From: Pseudogymnoascus verrucosus
Taxonomy: Eukaryota
Direction: 5' to 3' (one strand)
DNA: 64,000 nt
NCBI GenBank assembly: GCA_001662655.1
Contig: KV460256.1
In this document: positions 39,636 through 52,209 of the stretch, piece by piece
Layout: the number at the start of each line of letters is the position of its first letter
Numbering within the stretch: the stretch's first letter is position 1
Notes under the pieces: generated by a model
What the model was told of the DNA's origin: nothing
What the model saw: the letters and a program-made list of their open reading frames with translations, nothing else
The model's database searches: none
Position numbers and translations under genes: made by a program

Positions 39636-39875
39636 CTGAGTGGCTTACGAAGGGGCTTCGGTCCATCGATTGCCGAAGAGGGCGCTGAGTGGGCGCGTGT
39701 TCGGGGAAGAGGTTTCGTTGGATCGGTCATTGAGGAGAGCGCCGAGTGGCGAGTGGTTCGAGAAGGAGTTTCATTTCGTCGATCATTGAGGAAGGTGCCG
39801 AGTGGGCGAGTGGCCTGGGGAGGGGTTTCTTTTGATTGATTATTGAGAGAGGTGGCGAGAAGGCGGGAGTTTCAA
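39612..39875 (+). repeat. Degenerate tandem repeat, about 57-bp unit, about 4.5 copies
   Basis: The core (T)CATTGAGGAGRGYGCCGAGTGG...GGTTTC recurs at about 57-bp spacing and overlaps the SNF2 stop codon. Confidence 0.7.
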
Positions 39876-40216
39876 TTTTCTGCAATTGAAAGGTGGCTGG
39901 CTATTCTCGTTTTCTGGGAATAAATGGTCGGGGAGGAGGAAGGGGGGTTTCAGTTTCCAATATTCTTTCCATATGGCCGTTTACCATACAGACAACATAG
40001 GTTTTGCCACCGAAATATTCTCTCTTTTATCATTCTCAACACGCGGGTTATCCATCGATGGAACTATAACCGCCGCAGCGATTCACGGGTACTGACATAG
40101 GCGACCTTACTTTAAATCAAACAATAGCTCAATCATCATAACTTTCTAAATTTGACTCGCTGTCTACGTGAATATATCCTTGGGCGAGATATGTGCAAGC
40201 CCTAACCAGCAGAACG

Positions 40217-41523
40217 TCATGCAGCGGCCTTCTTGCTCTTCTTCGATTTGGACTTTTTGTTCCCTGACGCCGTCTTCTCCGCCACATTTCCTGCATCGGT
40301 GCCAGACCCTTTTCCAACATCCTCTTGCGCAACCTCTTGCTCAGCCATCTCCTTCTTCTTTAATGCTCTCTTAACTGCCTCTTCTCTCTCGACTCGCTCA
40401 ATCAGCTTCTCGCTCGCTTGCCAAAGCTTTTTCGCAGTCTCTTCATCCCTAACATCTTTCCTCGCCAAATCGACTTCTATACACTCTTTGATTAACTTGC
40501 CTCCGTTGCCCCTCCCCAAAGTCACATCCATAGCTGCATACAGTAAACTCTGCGCTCCTTGCTCGGCACTCTTCAAGAAAAGCCAGGCTTGGTGCCACAG
40601 GAGCACATAGAGTGCCAGCCCCCACAATGTGCCCCTACTTAACCAACGTCGCATTCCAGAAGTCCGTGAATATCCAGGGTCAACGAATACGACACGAGCA
40701 TTCATGGGAAGGCCGTCTGGGCGTTTGTATGCATCCAGATGCTTCTGGAATGCCTGGCCAAATACCATCAGGGCCAGCTTGCTTCGCGCATAGGCCTTCC
40801 CTGGGCTCCACTTTTTGGCGTCAAGGGCTTCTTCTCCATCTTCCAACACCGGGGATGAGATATAACTCGAGCAAGTTGTGAAGAGAATCCGCACGTCTCT
40901 GTCCGGAGGCTGTGCTCGTATCGCAGGGCTCAAGATACTCAACAGATGGAAATTAGCCAGATAGTTGACCATCCATGTCTCTTCGATTCCTTCATTCGTC
41001 AGAGCCATTGGTTTTCCTGGAGGTGTTTGGCTGGCGGCACAGAGGACGATCATGTCAAGTCGCCGAGGCGGCGCATTGTCAATCCATTTCGTGGCAAACT
41101 TTCGTATACTGTGGGTCGAGGCAAGGTCAACTTGCTCCGCATATATTAACTCGTTGTTTGTGCGCGTTCGGAGGTCTTCGATGTAGTCGACAATAAAGGG
41201 ATCTGATGCCGGCTGGCGGGTGAGGAGAACGATTTGAGCGCCTCGCTGGGCCAGACCGAGTGTCGTCTCAGCACCAATACCGGTTGTACCTCCCTGTATT
41301 CTAATTAGCATGTGTGTTTTACTCTCTTGTGGGTAGGCAGCCGAACCGTTACTATCACTACTTTCGAATGCAGCTGTCGTTCCGCGAGGTTTGTTGCCCC
41401 CCGACAGTACAGCTTCACCAACACAATGACCGCAACGAGTGCGACGATCTTTAGAATATTCCAGTAGTCAATATCAAAAGATATGCCATTGAATATTGCC
41501 TCTGCTATAAGCGGGATAATCAT
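40217..41523 (-). CDS. PBR1: Membrane-anchored short-chain dehydrogenase/reductase (YNL181W/Pbr1-like)
   Basis: N-terminal TM segment, VIVTGGTTGIG, NYLANFHL, QPPDRDVRI and YARSK. One intron at about 41296-41346. Confidence 0.8.
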
Positions 41524-41896
41524 CTTGTCGGCGGTCGAAGGGTAGGGTCAACGCGCTCAATAACAAGTCGGAGAGGCGGGCATGGGCGCAAATAGATGAA
41601 CTCCTAACTTGGCCCTTATAGCATGTGCACCTTCCAGTGACTGTGAGGTACCGGTCTGGGAATTAAATATCAGCTGGCTTTTTTGTCGTGGTGGCGGGGG
41701 TAGGTACGCGTAAATAAAAATCTCGGAAACCAGGCAAGGCCAACATGACGTTTGTGGACTATATTTAGGTATTTACACTAGCGAAACCTGGGGTAATTTA
41801 GCGCCACTTGGAAGGCCTTCGATGTTGCCGCACCATATCTCAACGTCACCTCCTCCTGTTATCGTCCTGTCCTACGACCATATATATTACGGCGTG

Positions 41897-42607
41897 ATGT
41901 CAAATTCAGATGAGGAGGAATACACGATACCCCTCCAGGATCAACGCGCCTTTGGAGCAGGCCTGAAGCGCAAGCGCGTACAGTTTGTTCGGTCGAGCGA
42001 AACGACAACCGCCACCAGCAAGTCCGCCACATCGTACGGCCACAGCGTTAGCAAGACTTATCTAGGTCTTGTCCTTCCACAGTCACAGTCTTCTGATGGT
42101 TTGGAGAAGCAAAAATCGAAGACAGATACAAGTTTAGCAGAAACTGAACCGCAAATATGCGAGACATGTTCCCTTCCCATTCCTCCAATTCCTTCATCGA
42201 CTCCTCACGCTGCACTTCTCGCTCATCAGCTCAGTCTCCCGCACTCCCATCCACCCTCCTCTCTATCACGGCATAGGACCGGTGTCCGCATGTTACGTGA
42301 CCAAGGCTGGGACCCTGATGCCAGGACAGGCCTTGGCGCCCATGGAGAAGGGATACGATATCCAATCAAGGCCAAAGAGAAGAATGACAAGCTGGGTATA
42401 GGCGCCACAATGCCGAAGCCGAAGCGCGATGTACTAGAATTAAGTCGAGGTGTTGATCAAGCAAAAACCGGGAAAGAGAGGGATAATGAAAAGGGTAAGA
42501 AAAAGAAGGGCTGGGTGAAGAAGACCGCAGAAGAAGAAAAGCGGAGATCGGACAGGCTGCAGCAACTATTTTACGAGAGTGAGGAGGTATCCAAATATTT
42601 ACGCTAA
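41897..42607 (+). CDS. G-patch domain protein
   Basis: G-patch GVRMLRDQGWDPDARTGLGAHGEGIRYPIKAKEKNDKLGIG, plus FGAGLKRKRVQFV and CETC..H..AHQ. Confidence 0.88.
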   Translation: MSNSDEEEYTIPLQDQRAFGAGLKRKRVQFVRSSETTTATSKSATSYGHSVSKTYLGLVLPQSQSSDGLEKQKSKTDTSLAETEPQICETCSLPIPPIPSSTPHAALLAHQLSLPHSHPPSSLSRHRTGVRMLRDQGWDPDARTGLGAHGEGIRYPIKAKEKNDKLGIGATMPKPKRDVLELSRGVDQAKTGKERDNEKGKKKKGWVKKTAEEEKRRSDRLQQLFYESEEVSKYLR

Positions 42608-42928
42608 GCATTGTAGTAGCTCTGTGATACGAGGCTACCTATAAGAGAGGGGTAAGAAGAGGTCTTACGATGATCACGTAGCAACGATGTCAAATGTGAG
42701 GGTTGTAAAGATGGTTACATTGGTTTGTGTGGATGCTACTATTATTGCTAGCTTTTACGAGAGACTCTCCTGACAGATGGCCAGGAGCCTGTCCCCCCCT
42801 TCCTCCAAGGACGCTCCCGTTCTGATGATTCCATTCCAGCGAAATTGTAGCATTCGACGTTGTTCTGACCATATTAGACAGGAGCCCAGTTCACTGAAAC
42901 CTGCGACATTAAGCAAGCCTACATTATG

Positions 42929-45504
42929 CAGTGTTCGGCACAGATCGATGATGACCTGAGCTGATCCAGATCATGATCTGGATCAGACCTGATCTGTCGT
43001 GATTTTGGATGACCTGAGCTGATCCAGATCATGATCTAGATTATACAGATCATTGCCAAGAGTTACCAAGAGTTGCCAAGGCCACACAGTAGACGTAGAA
43101 TTAAATCTGTAATACCCAGTCTAAATTCCATATTATGACGATTACTACTATCACAATGAGCGACTCTGAGTTATCAGATTTACCGCCAGATCATGAGAGC
43201 TATTCTCAAATAGAAGAGCCATTGTTACCACTTCTTATACCTCAACATACCCCTATTCAGCCTTCAGTCGAGGCAGTTGATGTATCGTTATCTGATATAC
43301 TTCGACATCCAACAGTGGTACTACCACTAACGTCTTCGAAGCTATTTACAAAGGGCTTATATCGTCGGGAAATACTTGATACTCAGCCTCCAACTATAAG
43401 GATGGCATGCCTACAACCAAACTGTAACTATTCAACAGTTTAAGGACTACAGCTACTGTCAACGGGTAATTTATGGAGGCATTACTCTTTGAAGCATCCA
43501 ACAGTATCATATGCCCTTAAAAATGAGAATAGACAGTCGTCTAGTACGTCAAGTAGTACATCATCGTTCTTCAACCCACGCCCATTAGCTATTTCAAAGC
43601 AGTCTAGTAATCCTTTGAGATATAAGGAGTTATTACTACAGTTTATTGTGTCAAATAATCTATCGATACGCCTTGTTGAAAGCTGTTCGTTCCGTGAATT
43701 AGTTCAATTCTTAAGCCTAACGACTATATCAATATCTACTCGTACGCTACACCGAGAACTTTAGCGTCAGTTCTCATACCACCGAGGCCAGCTACAACTC
43801 GAGCTTAATTCTCATATTAAGAGAGGAGGCCGGATATCAATAACAACGGATGCATGGTCTGCACGGAATTATACAGACTACGCTGCTATTACAGCACACT
43901 AGATCAACGATAAATGGCAGCAGAAGTCTAAAGTACTCGACGTTATACATCTTCAAGAGCCTATCCACAGCGGCGAATATCTAGCTCAACAATTGGCACT
44001 TGTAATAGATGATATGGGTATTATAGGAGCTGTCTTTACCTGTACAAGAGACAACGCTTCAGCTAATACTGTTATGCTTACGGAATATGAGAAAATAGCT
44101 AGAGACTAGGAAGTGACGACGCAACAGCCATGGACATTTAGAGTCAAGGAAGGAGACGTACGATGTATAGCCCATATCATCAATATCGCTGTTTAAGATG
44201 CTCTTAAGACTTTAAAAGCTGCTCCTGCTGAGCAAGCTGAAAGTTATCGGTGTGAGCAAGGAGCTGCACGGATTCCAACAAGCTCGTCTAAAAGCAATAT
44301 TGAAGTCAAGAATACCCTTGGTAAGCTACGAAGGCATATCTACGTATTTAGGAATCGAAGGTAATGGAAAGATGCTCTTCAAAAGCAGACTATTGCTGCT
44401 GGTCTAAAGAAGCTACAATTATCACTTAATATGCCAGTCCGGTAGAACTCAACGTACGACATAGTTTCAGCCGTCATCAAGCTACAGACCCTAATTACAG
44501 CAATCTGTGCTACTCAGCAAATGGATCTAAGTATGAGAGATATTGCTCTTATACCAGAGGATTGGATAACACTTTACGCTCTTTAGAACTTCTTCTATAT
44601 ATTCGTTAAGCCGTCGTAGAAGCTTCAAGCAAGTGCATATCCAACGCTTAACTTTGCAATTCCTCAGTATCTAAAGATGATAAAGAAGCTTAAGGCTCTA
44701 TAGAATGAGGTTGGTATATCATTAACAATTAGTCTAGCTTGTATCGCTGCTTCTAAGAAGCTTAATGAGTATTATACGCTTGCTACAAATCATCGATGGA
44801 GTCATTCAGGGGTAGCTACGATTTGTGATCCGCGCATGAATCTCAACGTATTTAATAGTCTTTAGCCAAGTAATACTGAAGAAGTCAAACGGAATAGAGT
44901 AAAGCAGCAGTTCCATGACGTTTTTATTCAGTACAGAGACCGCTAATACTTCCTCGAAGAAGAGCAGAGGGATGCTGAAGCTAATTTACCACAATTACCT
45001 ACAGAACCTGACTCCGACGACGATTTATATATTTCTCATAGTATCTACCAAGAACCAGAATGGAAGCGCTGGCTTGTTGAGCCCCGGCCAGGTCCAGCAA
45101 CAGATATTCTCAAATATTGGGCGGCAAAGCAGTATCAGTATCCAATTATTGCTGCAATTGCTCGAGACCACTTAGCAATTCCCGCAACATCAGCTCCGTC
45201 AGAGCGGGTCTTTAGTAATGGAGCTGATATTCTGACGAAGAAGAGGAATAGGCTCTCTCCTGAAACACTACGATATTTACTCTGCTTACGAGACTGGGGT
45301 CATATACTAGATACTGAAGAGAGCGAAGCCGAAGACGCCGATGACGAAAGGGAGGAGTAATTAGATCTATTATTATACTATTTTAAGCCTCATTTTTTTA
45401 AAGATCTGGATCATGATCTGATCTACCTGTCAAATCTGAGATAGATCATGATCTGACCTGGGAGGGCTCCAGATCAGATCTGGATCATGATCTGCCGAAC
45501 ACTG
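42929..45504 (+). mobile_element. Complete hAT-superfamily DNA transposon (about 2.58 kb) with a mutated transposase
   Basis: TIR CAGTGTTCGGCA at both ends and a perfect 8-bp TSD ACATTATG (42921-28 and 45505-12). The transposase (about 43135-45360) has a BED-like finger, TTDAW, TRDNAS, RCIAHIIN, R*NST and hATC ARDHLAIPATSAPSERVFS, with multiple stops. Confidence 0.96.
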
Positions 45505-45684
45505 ACATTATGTTTCTTGTTTATAGCGAAGACCAAAGAATTCAGGCTTGAAATTTTATTTTCGTATATATATATTATTATTTAGATGTTATTTTGTACA
45601 TCCTAGTGACATTGACATGTATTCCCTTTGACCATGGCGCTGCTCCAGCGGCTGCAAGGACTAGGATATACGAACACTGTGTAT

Positions 45685-46509
45685 TCAGTGCTCCTTCTTA
45701 TCCTTCTTGCAGTGAGGGTGGTGTGGCTCTCTTTCGCACTCATCGTGCTTTTTGAACCAAGGGCATTCAGGTCTGCCCCTGAACTCCTCTGGGCAATCTT
45801 CACCATGGTGGTCACCCTTGTGATCGCCCTCGTGGTGGCCATCGTGGTGACCCTCGTGATGGCCCTTGCGGCCACCCTTGCGATGACCGTGGCGATCGCC
45901 CTTACGGTCTCCATGGCGGTCACCGTGGCGGTCGTCGTGGTGTTCATTGCGGTGCCTGCACCTTTCCTCCTTGGAGTCCTCGTGGCAGTCATCATGCTTG
46001 TGGTCATCGTGATCACGATCGTGATCGCGGTCGTGATCGCGGTCGTGCTCGTCGCGGCAATCGGGATGCTTGGGCTCCTTCTCGCACTTCTCCTTCTTGC
46101 CCTTCTTGCCCTTCCTCCCCTTCTTGCCCTTCTTCTTCCTGTGCTTGTCCTTCTTGCGGCGCTTGCAGTCATCCCTGTCCTTGTGATCTCTGCACTCGTC
46201 GTCGTGATCGTCCTTGTGGCCTGATGGGCGTCAGCGCTGACAAAACTCTAACTATACCTTGCCAAAGTAAGGCAGTCGTTTGTTCAAAGGCAGAAGAGAC
46301 TCACCACCGCGGGGCTCGATGACATTCGCCTCCTCATTGTCTTCCCTCACGGACACCTGACGGAAGGCCTGGATGGGAACACATCTGGCCGCATGCTGGG
46401 AACCTCCCTCGATTGAGACGAGTCCATCCTCACACACAGCCGCCGGAGCGGCCGACACGAGGAAACCGCAGACAGCGGTAACTGTGAGAGCCAATTTGAA
46501 GGACTTCAT
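45685..46509 (-). CDS. Secreted His/Asp/Lys/Arg-rich low-complexity protein with repeated Cys pairs (246 aa, 2 exons)
   Basis: Exon 1 (46509-46305) encodes signal peptide MKSFKLALTVTAVCGFLVSA. Intron 46304-46221 reads GTGAGT..GCTGAC..CAG. Exon 2 (46220-45685) is in frame to TGA. A TATA box lies near 46631. Confidence 0.8.
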
Positions 46510-47236
46510 CTTGGAATTGTTCGGTGGGAAGAAAGTAGTGGCACGATATAGTTGATATCCAACGAGTGTGTTTTTGAGAAGGAAACAAAGTGAAAAGGAG
46601 GAAAAGAGTGAAAGGGGTGAATCACCCCCTTATATAGGGGCAATAGCTCACATCCTTGGGGTACTTAGCTAATTAAGAGCTCCTTGCGCAGGAAGATGAT
46701 AACTCTTGTTACGCAATCATGGGCAGTTCCAAACATGTAACCCAAGCAGTGTAAGGCAGTATAATGTGTACCTTCCTGGCCTGAGCATTAGGAACCATGG
46801 GGTGCTCAGAACATGTGTCGCCTGACCTATCAAACCACTGTAAAGATATCTTATAAATTTTAGCCTATAAATTTATATGGTGGTTGAAGTAAAAATCGAC
46901 GCATTGTTCCAATTTCGCACCCCATCGACGCAGGTATCCACTTACGCACCCCATTTATACTGAGCTGTGTGGGTTCAGCAGTCCCATACCAGGCAATGCG
47001 CCTTCCCCTAAACCGAATAGTCCGAGCTGTCAAATCGTAAGAAGCCTGTTATGTTGCAGGTTGATATATATATTTTCAGTTGGGGTGTTGCCATGTTGAC
47101 TGTTTAGTGCCGGTGGCACGAATCTGAATAGGGGACCGCCCCATGCCACGCCCAATGTCATCCCATCCAAAATAAGTCGATAAAGCACCAGACCATAAAT
47201 TTGTAAAATAGTATTCGAAGATATTCCACGAGTTTC

Positions 47237-48930
47237 TTAACAGCGGAAGTAACGCTTCTCAATCCAACGCGGCTCATAATCCGCAACGATTTCGCAGACA
47301 ACCACTTTCACAAGTGGAAATACTTTCGTGAGACGATTCAGTCCCATCTTTCCTGCAAAGTAAGTAACGAAAACAATTCGCTCTTCCGCCACTCCGTGGT
47401 CAAGTAAAACTTGTACGGACATCAGGGCAGCACCGCCACTTGACATCTGTGGATCCAGGAGTAGTACACAATCCTGGGTCTGGATACCGATCGGAAGCTT
47501 TTGATAGTGTAACTCTGGCTCGCCAGTTCTGATGTTTGATTGGATGAGAATGCGGCCAGTTTTGCAGTCTGGTATCACTCTCTTCAGGCCGGTCTCGAAA
47601 GCAGCACCAGCGCGTAGGATAACCACGGCGCTGGGTTCACCGTTTCGTTGGTATCCATTGTAAACATGCTTCGTAGGCGTCTCTATCGTCTTTACTCCGA
47701 AATTAGTGTTATTTAGCGCGCTGTTTGGGTTAGCGTGATGCTGCAACTGCCTGACAAAAGTATCTATAACTTACTGCTCAATCAACAGGGTGGCGATGCG
47801 GTCAAAGTAGAAAATGAAGTCCTCAGGCGATGTATCCATATCCTGGATGATGGTGCTGATTCCTTTCAGCTGAGATGTTTGTTCCAAAACTGCAACACTG
47901 CTTGCTAACGGCTCATTCTCGCAGTTAGACCCGAGCTTTTTCAACTCCGCCCTGTGTGCCTTGGACTTCTCGATCAGTTTCCTTTCGATATATTGCGTCA
48001 CCATAGCTAAGTCATGTCAGTAAGTCATGGTTTGATTCCCACCGTTGCAAGTATATTCTGGAACTGCTGCTTGGTATGAAAGGGTGGTTTGTTTCCAACA
48101 GGATCTGGGGCATGATTAGCTATAATCAGGAACTTACTGATCGCAACGGTATTTTCGATACCCCTCGGTACAATAATATCTGCTACCTTCCGTTGGGGTT
48201 CGACAAATCTCTCGAAGTTTGGCTTCACAAAGGCAAACCATTGCTTGATGCAGCCCTCAGCATCTCTTCCTCGTTCTGCAATATCTCGAAGCACTGATTG
48301 AAATTCTCAGTTAGTAAAACAAATCTCCCAAAGGGGCCTGTTTTCTCTCACATCTTCGAGATAAGCAGGTATCGGCGTCCGCTTCGCAAAATATCTACGA
48401 TATCAGCATCAAACTATTCCCTTCCAACATTAAAGTAACAAACCTTCATATCAAGTAACTCAAGAACACGAGGATCATGCAATGCCAGGATACCCTCAAG
48501 GACCAACACATGAGGGCTATACAGTGACGTGGTTTTTGATTCTCGCTGATGGTTATTAAAGGAATATATTGGGATTTCTGCCCGCCGTCTGAGAAAATCG
48601 TTGTCAGCAAGCGCTGCGACAGAACTTTGATAAGGCTTACCCATGTTTCAGGTCCTGGAGCAGCTCAACCAGAAGATCAAAGTCGATCGCTTCTGGAGCA
48701 TCTAAATCTAGCTCATTTCTATGAGCCTTGGCATGGTCCTCTTCGTTCAGAGGCTTGTAAAAGGAATCGAGGCCGACTATAGCCACCCATGGCAGGTTCA
48801 GTGCGGAGAGGATCGCTCGTGACAGGCTGGATTTTCCGGAGCCGGAGCTGCCTGCAATGCCGATAATGGTGACATTGTTCCACGGGGGTGAGTAATGTGC
48901 CTTCTGGCTGGGTGAGTCCTGAGACGCCAT
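47237..48930 (-). CDS. URK1: Uridine kinase with C-terminal UPRTase-like domain
   Basis: IIGIAGSSGSGKS, DSFYK, LEGIL, RDIAERGRD, FVKPNF, DFIFYFDR and LLDPQMSSGGAA. Several introns. Confidence 0.92.
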
Positions 48931-49431
48931 TATATTTATCGGATTTGATTGGGTTATATTGGCCGAAGCCAAATGCTTCATCGAGATTCGCAGGCAACAA
49001 TCACGTGATAATGGAATAACTTTTTACTTGAAGTTGCAAATGAGACGAAAATGGCGTGAGTGTAGTAGTTAGTATAATTTAATGTTAATAGTAAAATAAT
49101 CTAACGTATATATTATATATTTGTGTGTAGTTCCTCAGACCCCAGTGGTCGCGTGCTGAAAGCTGGAAGCAGGGGTTCAATGGAGAGGCGCTGCTTACTC
49201 AGCATGGAAAGGAAAGTTTAGTACAATCTAATCTAATCAACCCCTTCACCATCCCCCGAAATCATCGTCGTCGCGGCCTTCAATAAACCTTCATCCACGC
49301 CTAGCAAAACCCTATCCACTCCAACTTCACTGCCACTCCTCTGGGATACCTAGTCGTTTCTCTCTAACGAGTGAATCCCTTTCTTTTCGACTAGAGACTC
49401 TTCCCCACGATATCCGAACACTACCGTCACC

Positions 49432-50388
49432 ATGGCCCCGTCATGGCTCGCCCTACCTCGCCCTCGAGTAAGCCCTCTCCCCAGGTTCCACCATGTCCGT
49501 TACCTCCAGTCTAACAGCGCATAGTCCTTCCTCTTCATAACCTCCCTCCGCTTCGGCGCAGAAATGATCTCGCTCTCCCTCCTCTTCAATAAGCTCGCCG
49601 GCTTCTACGGAATCCTCGCCCTCGTCACCGGCTACCGACTCTCCTTCCTCCAGTTCTCGATGTACCTGTACTCTCTCATCGCGCTCGTCATACTCATCAC
49701 ACTCATGCCACATATCCGCAAATCGTCTCCCCTCCAGTGTCTCTCCCTCGCCTACTTCTATCTCATCGACACGATCCTGAACGGAGCATACACCGCAGTC
49801 TTCGCAGGCACCTGGTTCCTCACCCTTAGCGCCGCCGCCAAGGACGCCGAGATCGACGCGCCCGGCAGCGAAACCATGAACGACACCGCAGGCTTCACCG
49901 GCTCCGACGCCTCCGGCATCACCGACGCCGCCGCAGCCGCTGGCGGCAGCCCCAGTCTCGCGAGCGGCGCCGCGATCAGCGAGTCCGTGCCCAGCATCCT
50001 CATCATCGTTTTCCTCACCCTTGTCCGTATCTACTTCGCACTTGTTCTTTTCTCCTTCGCGCGACAGGTTCTGCGCCAATATCTCTCGGCGAAGTCTTCG
50101 CAGCGCCCGCACCTCCACATGGATGGCGCGGATGATAAGTTGGAGACGCCTTTTGCGGAGGGTGCGCCGTTGGGTGCGGGATGGAAGGGAAAGCTTGGTC
50201 GTGCGATGACGGCTATTGGGACGAACTGGTGGGTTGGTGGGCGCGCGGAGGATGAGGAGTGGGCGAGGAGCGCGAACCAGAAGTTTGTGAGCAATAATGT
50301 GTTGCCGGGGACGTCGTTGAGGGAGCAGAGGGCTAGAAGCGGTACTGGACCGCCACCGATGAGGATTCAGACCCAAGGCCCGATGTAG
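49432..50388 (+). CDS. KEI1: Inositol phosphorylceramide synthase regulatory subunit Kei1 (DUF1753)
   Basis: SLRFGAEMISLSLLFNKLAGFYGILA, multiple TM segments and RIYFALVLFSFARQ. One 5' intron. Confidence 0.85.
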
Positions 50389-50824
50389 GGTTCTTGTCTG
50401 GAGAATGAAGTGTGACTCAAATTGTCCGCGGGGCGTTAGACTGGGGAGATTGGGTGTGAAGATAGGATATGTACATAAAGGTTGGGTTGTCGTAGTTGGT
50501 GGGCGTTAAGGACTTTCACAGTCAACAGCATAAGAGAACGGTAATTTAATGGACGATGAGCGAAAGCTACTTTAAAATATTTGCACATTACTTGCCGTGA
50601 GCGGGAGCCTTCAAGATTTAAGATATCTGTCAGGTGGCACCAACGCTGTTGGCAAAGAGAGCCAGTTCCATGTTGAGACAAAAGCGGGGTGTTGTCACTG
50701 AAAACCATTCAAGAGATAAATTAATTATCAGAAATAAGTCGCTGCATTTTTAATTCCCGATAATCATAAGTGTATGTAACAAAACGCCGACAATGTTCCC
50801 GTTACCCTTACATCCACCCCAAGT

Positions 50825-52209
50825 CTAATGGAGCATAAAGTCCTTATGCGTCCACTTCTCAGTAACCTTCCTCTTCGCCTGCTTCGCAAAGCTGATCCTC
50901 TTCCTGCCCTCCACCTTACCCCTAACAAGCAAACTTCTATACCTCTCCTTCAGCGCATTCCCCTCCGGCTTCAACAGCCTCAAGCTCTCCGTCAACTCAT
51001 CCGGCAACACCAACTCCAGCTCCTTCTCCGGCAACGGCAACTTCCCCAACTTCCTCCGCCTTAACTCCAAATCCTCCCCCTCGGACTCATCATCCGCATT
51101 CTCCGCCTGCACAGCCAGCGCCATCGCCCTCGCCTCCTCCGCCTCCTCCACAGACTTAGCAATCTTCTTGATATGCTGCGCCTGCTCGTTCCGCTTCTTA
51201 TTGTTCGCTAGCATCTTCTGCTTCCGCTCCTCCTCCTTGCGGCGCTGGATCTTGTTGCGCTGCTGCTGCGTCTTGCGCTCGGGGCGCTTGGCGCTGACCC
51301 GCGTATCCTCGGCGCCGGACTCGAGTCCCTCCCATGCGGACTCCTCGTCCCATTCGGAGAGCTCTGCGCGAGCCTCAGCTGCTACGGCTTCAGCGGCGGA
51401 TTTGGCGGATGCTTCAGCGCGAACACGCTCTGCTTCCGTGGTAGCGAGACGCTTCTTCTCGGCCTCGAGCTCTTTATCACCGGCCGCGATGAGACGCTGC
51501 TCGTACTCGGTGTAGACGGGGTTGTAGGAGTATCCGCCAGCGGGTGCGGACACAGCTGGGACGGCCTTTCCGGAGGCAGCGAGGGAGATGGGCTTTTGTT
51601 TCAGGGTACTCGGTGCGACCTTCTTCTGCGCCTTTGGGAGGAAGGTGAAGCGCTCGTCCACGACTAGAGCTTGTGCATCGGCGGCCTCGGACCAGGGATC
51701 GAAGGCAGGGTCGGTGACCTCGACGACGGATTGGGTTCCTTTCCCTGCCATGATGTTGCGGAGGCGGGTGAGTTCCTTGTGGGAGACGTAGGAGGTGCGC
51801 TGGCGCTTGGCGTCGGCGATGCCGTTGGTGGTCTTGTCGCCGGGGCGCTTCCTCATGGATACGGAGGGGACGGCGGAGCGTTGGGCAATGATCTCGTCGG
51901 CTTTGAGGGGCTTGGAGGCTTTGAGAAATTTCTTCGCGATTGAGGCGTCGCCGTCGACATCGAGCATGAAGAGGTCGTCGGATTTCTTCTCGCTGATTAT
52001 ACCACTGTGGAGTATTAGTAAATTTGTATGTTAAGTTGCTGTTTGGAAAGTATATACCCTTTGATAACTTCATCACGAGCGGCCTCGAGACCAGCGTCAA
52101 TCTCTGTAACGTCGACATTCTTCCTCCAGGCCTTCTTTCCCTTCCTGGATTTCTGGTTGTGCTGCTGAGGCGCTTCCGGCGCAGCGGCTGCTCTTTTGAT
52201 GATTGGCAT
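50825..52209 (-). CDS. NOP53: 60S ribosome biogenesis factor Nop53
   Basis: QKSRKGKKAWRKNVD, DDLFMLD, SYNP, LPDELTESLRLLKPEGN and EKWTHKDF. One intron. Confidence 0.95.

Noticed and set aside
39612..39875. CRISPR-like periodic array
   Set aside because: The units are degenerate along their whole length, with no unique spacers and no cas genes, in a eukaryotic context.
45603..46172. 189-aa Thr/Arg-rich minus-strand ORF
   Set aside because: It is an alternative frame of the same repeat. Splice phase from the signal-peptide exon selects the His-rich frame.
45628..46224. 198-aa very hydrophobic plus-strand ORF resembling a membrane protein
   Set aside because: It is the antisense shadow of the charged His/Asp/Lys exon on the minus strand.
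49453..50376. 307-aa minus-strand ORF
   Set aside because: It is antisense to KEI1.
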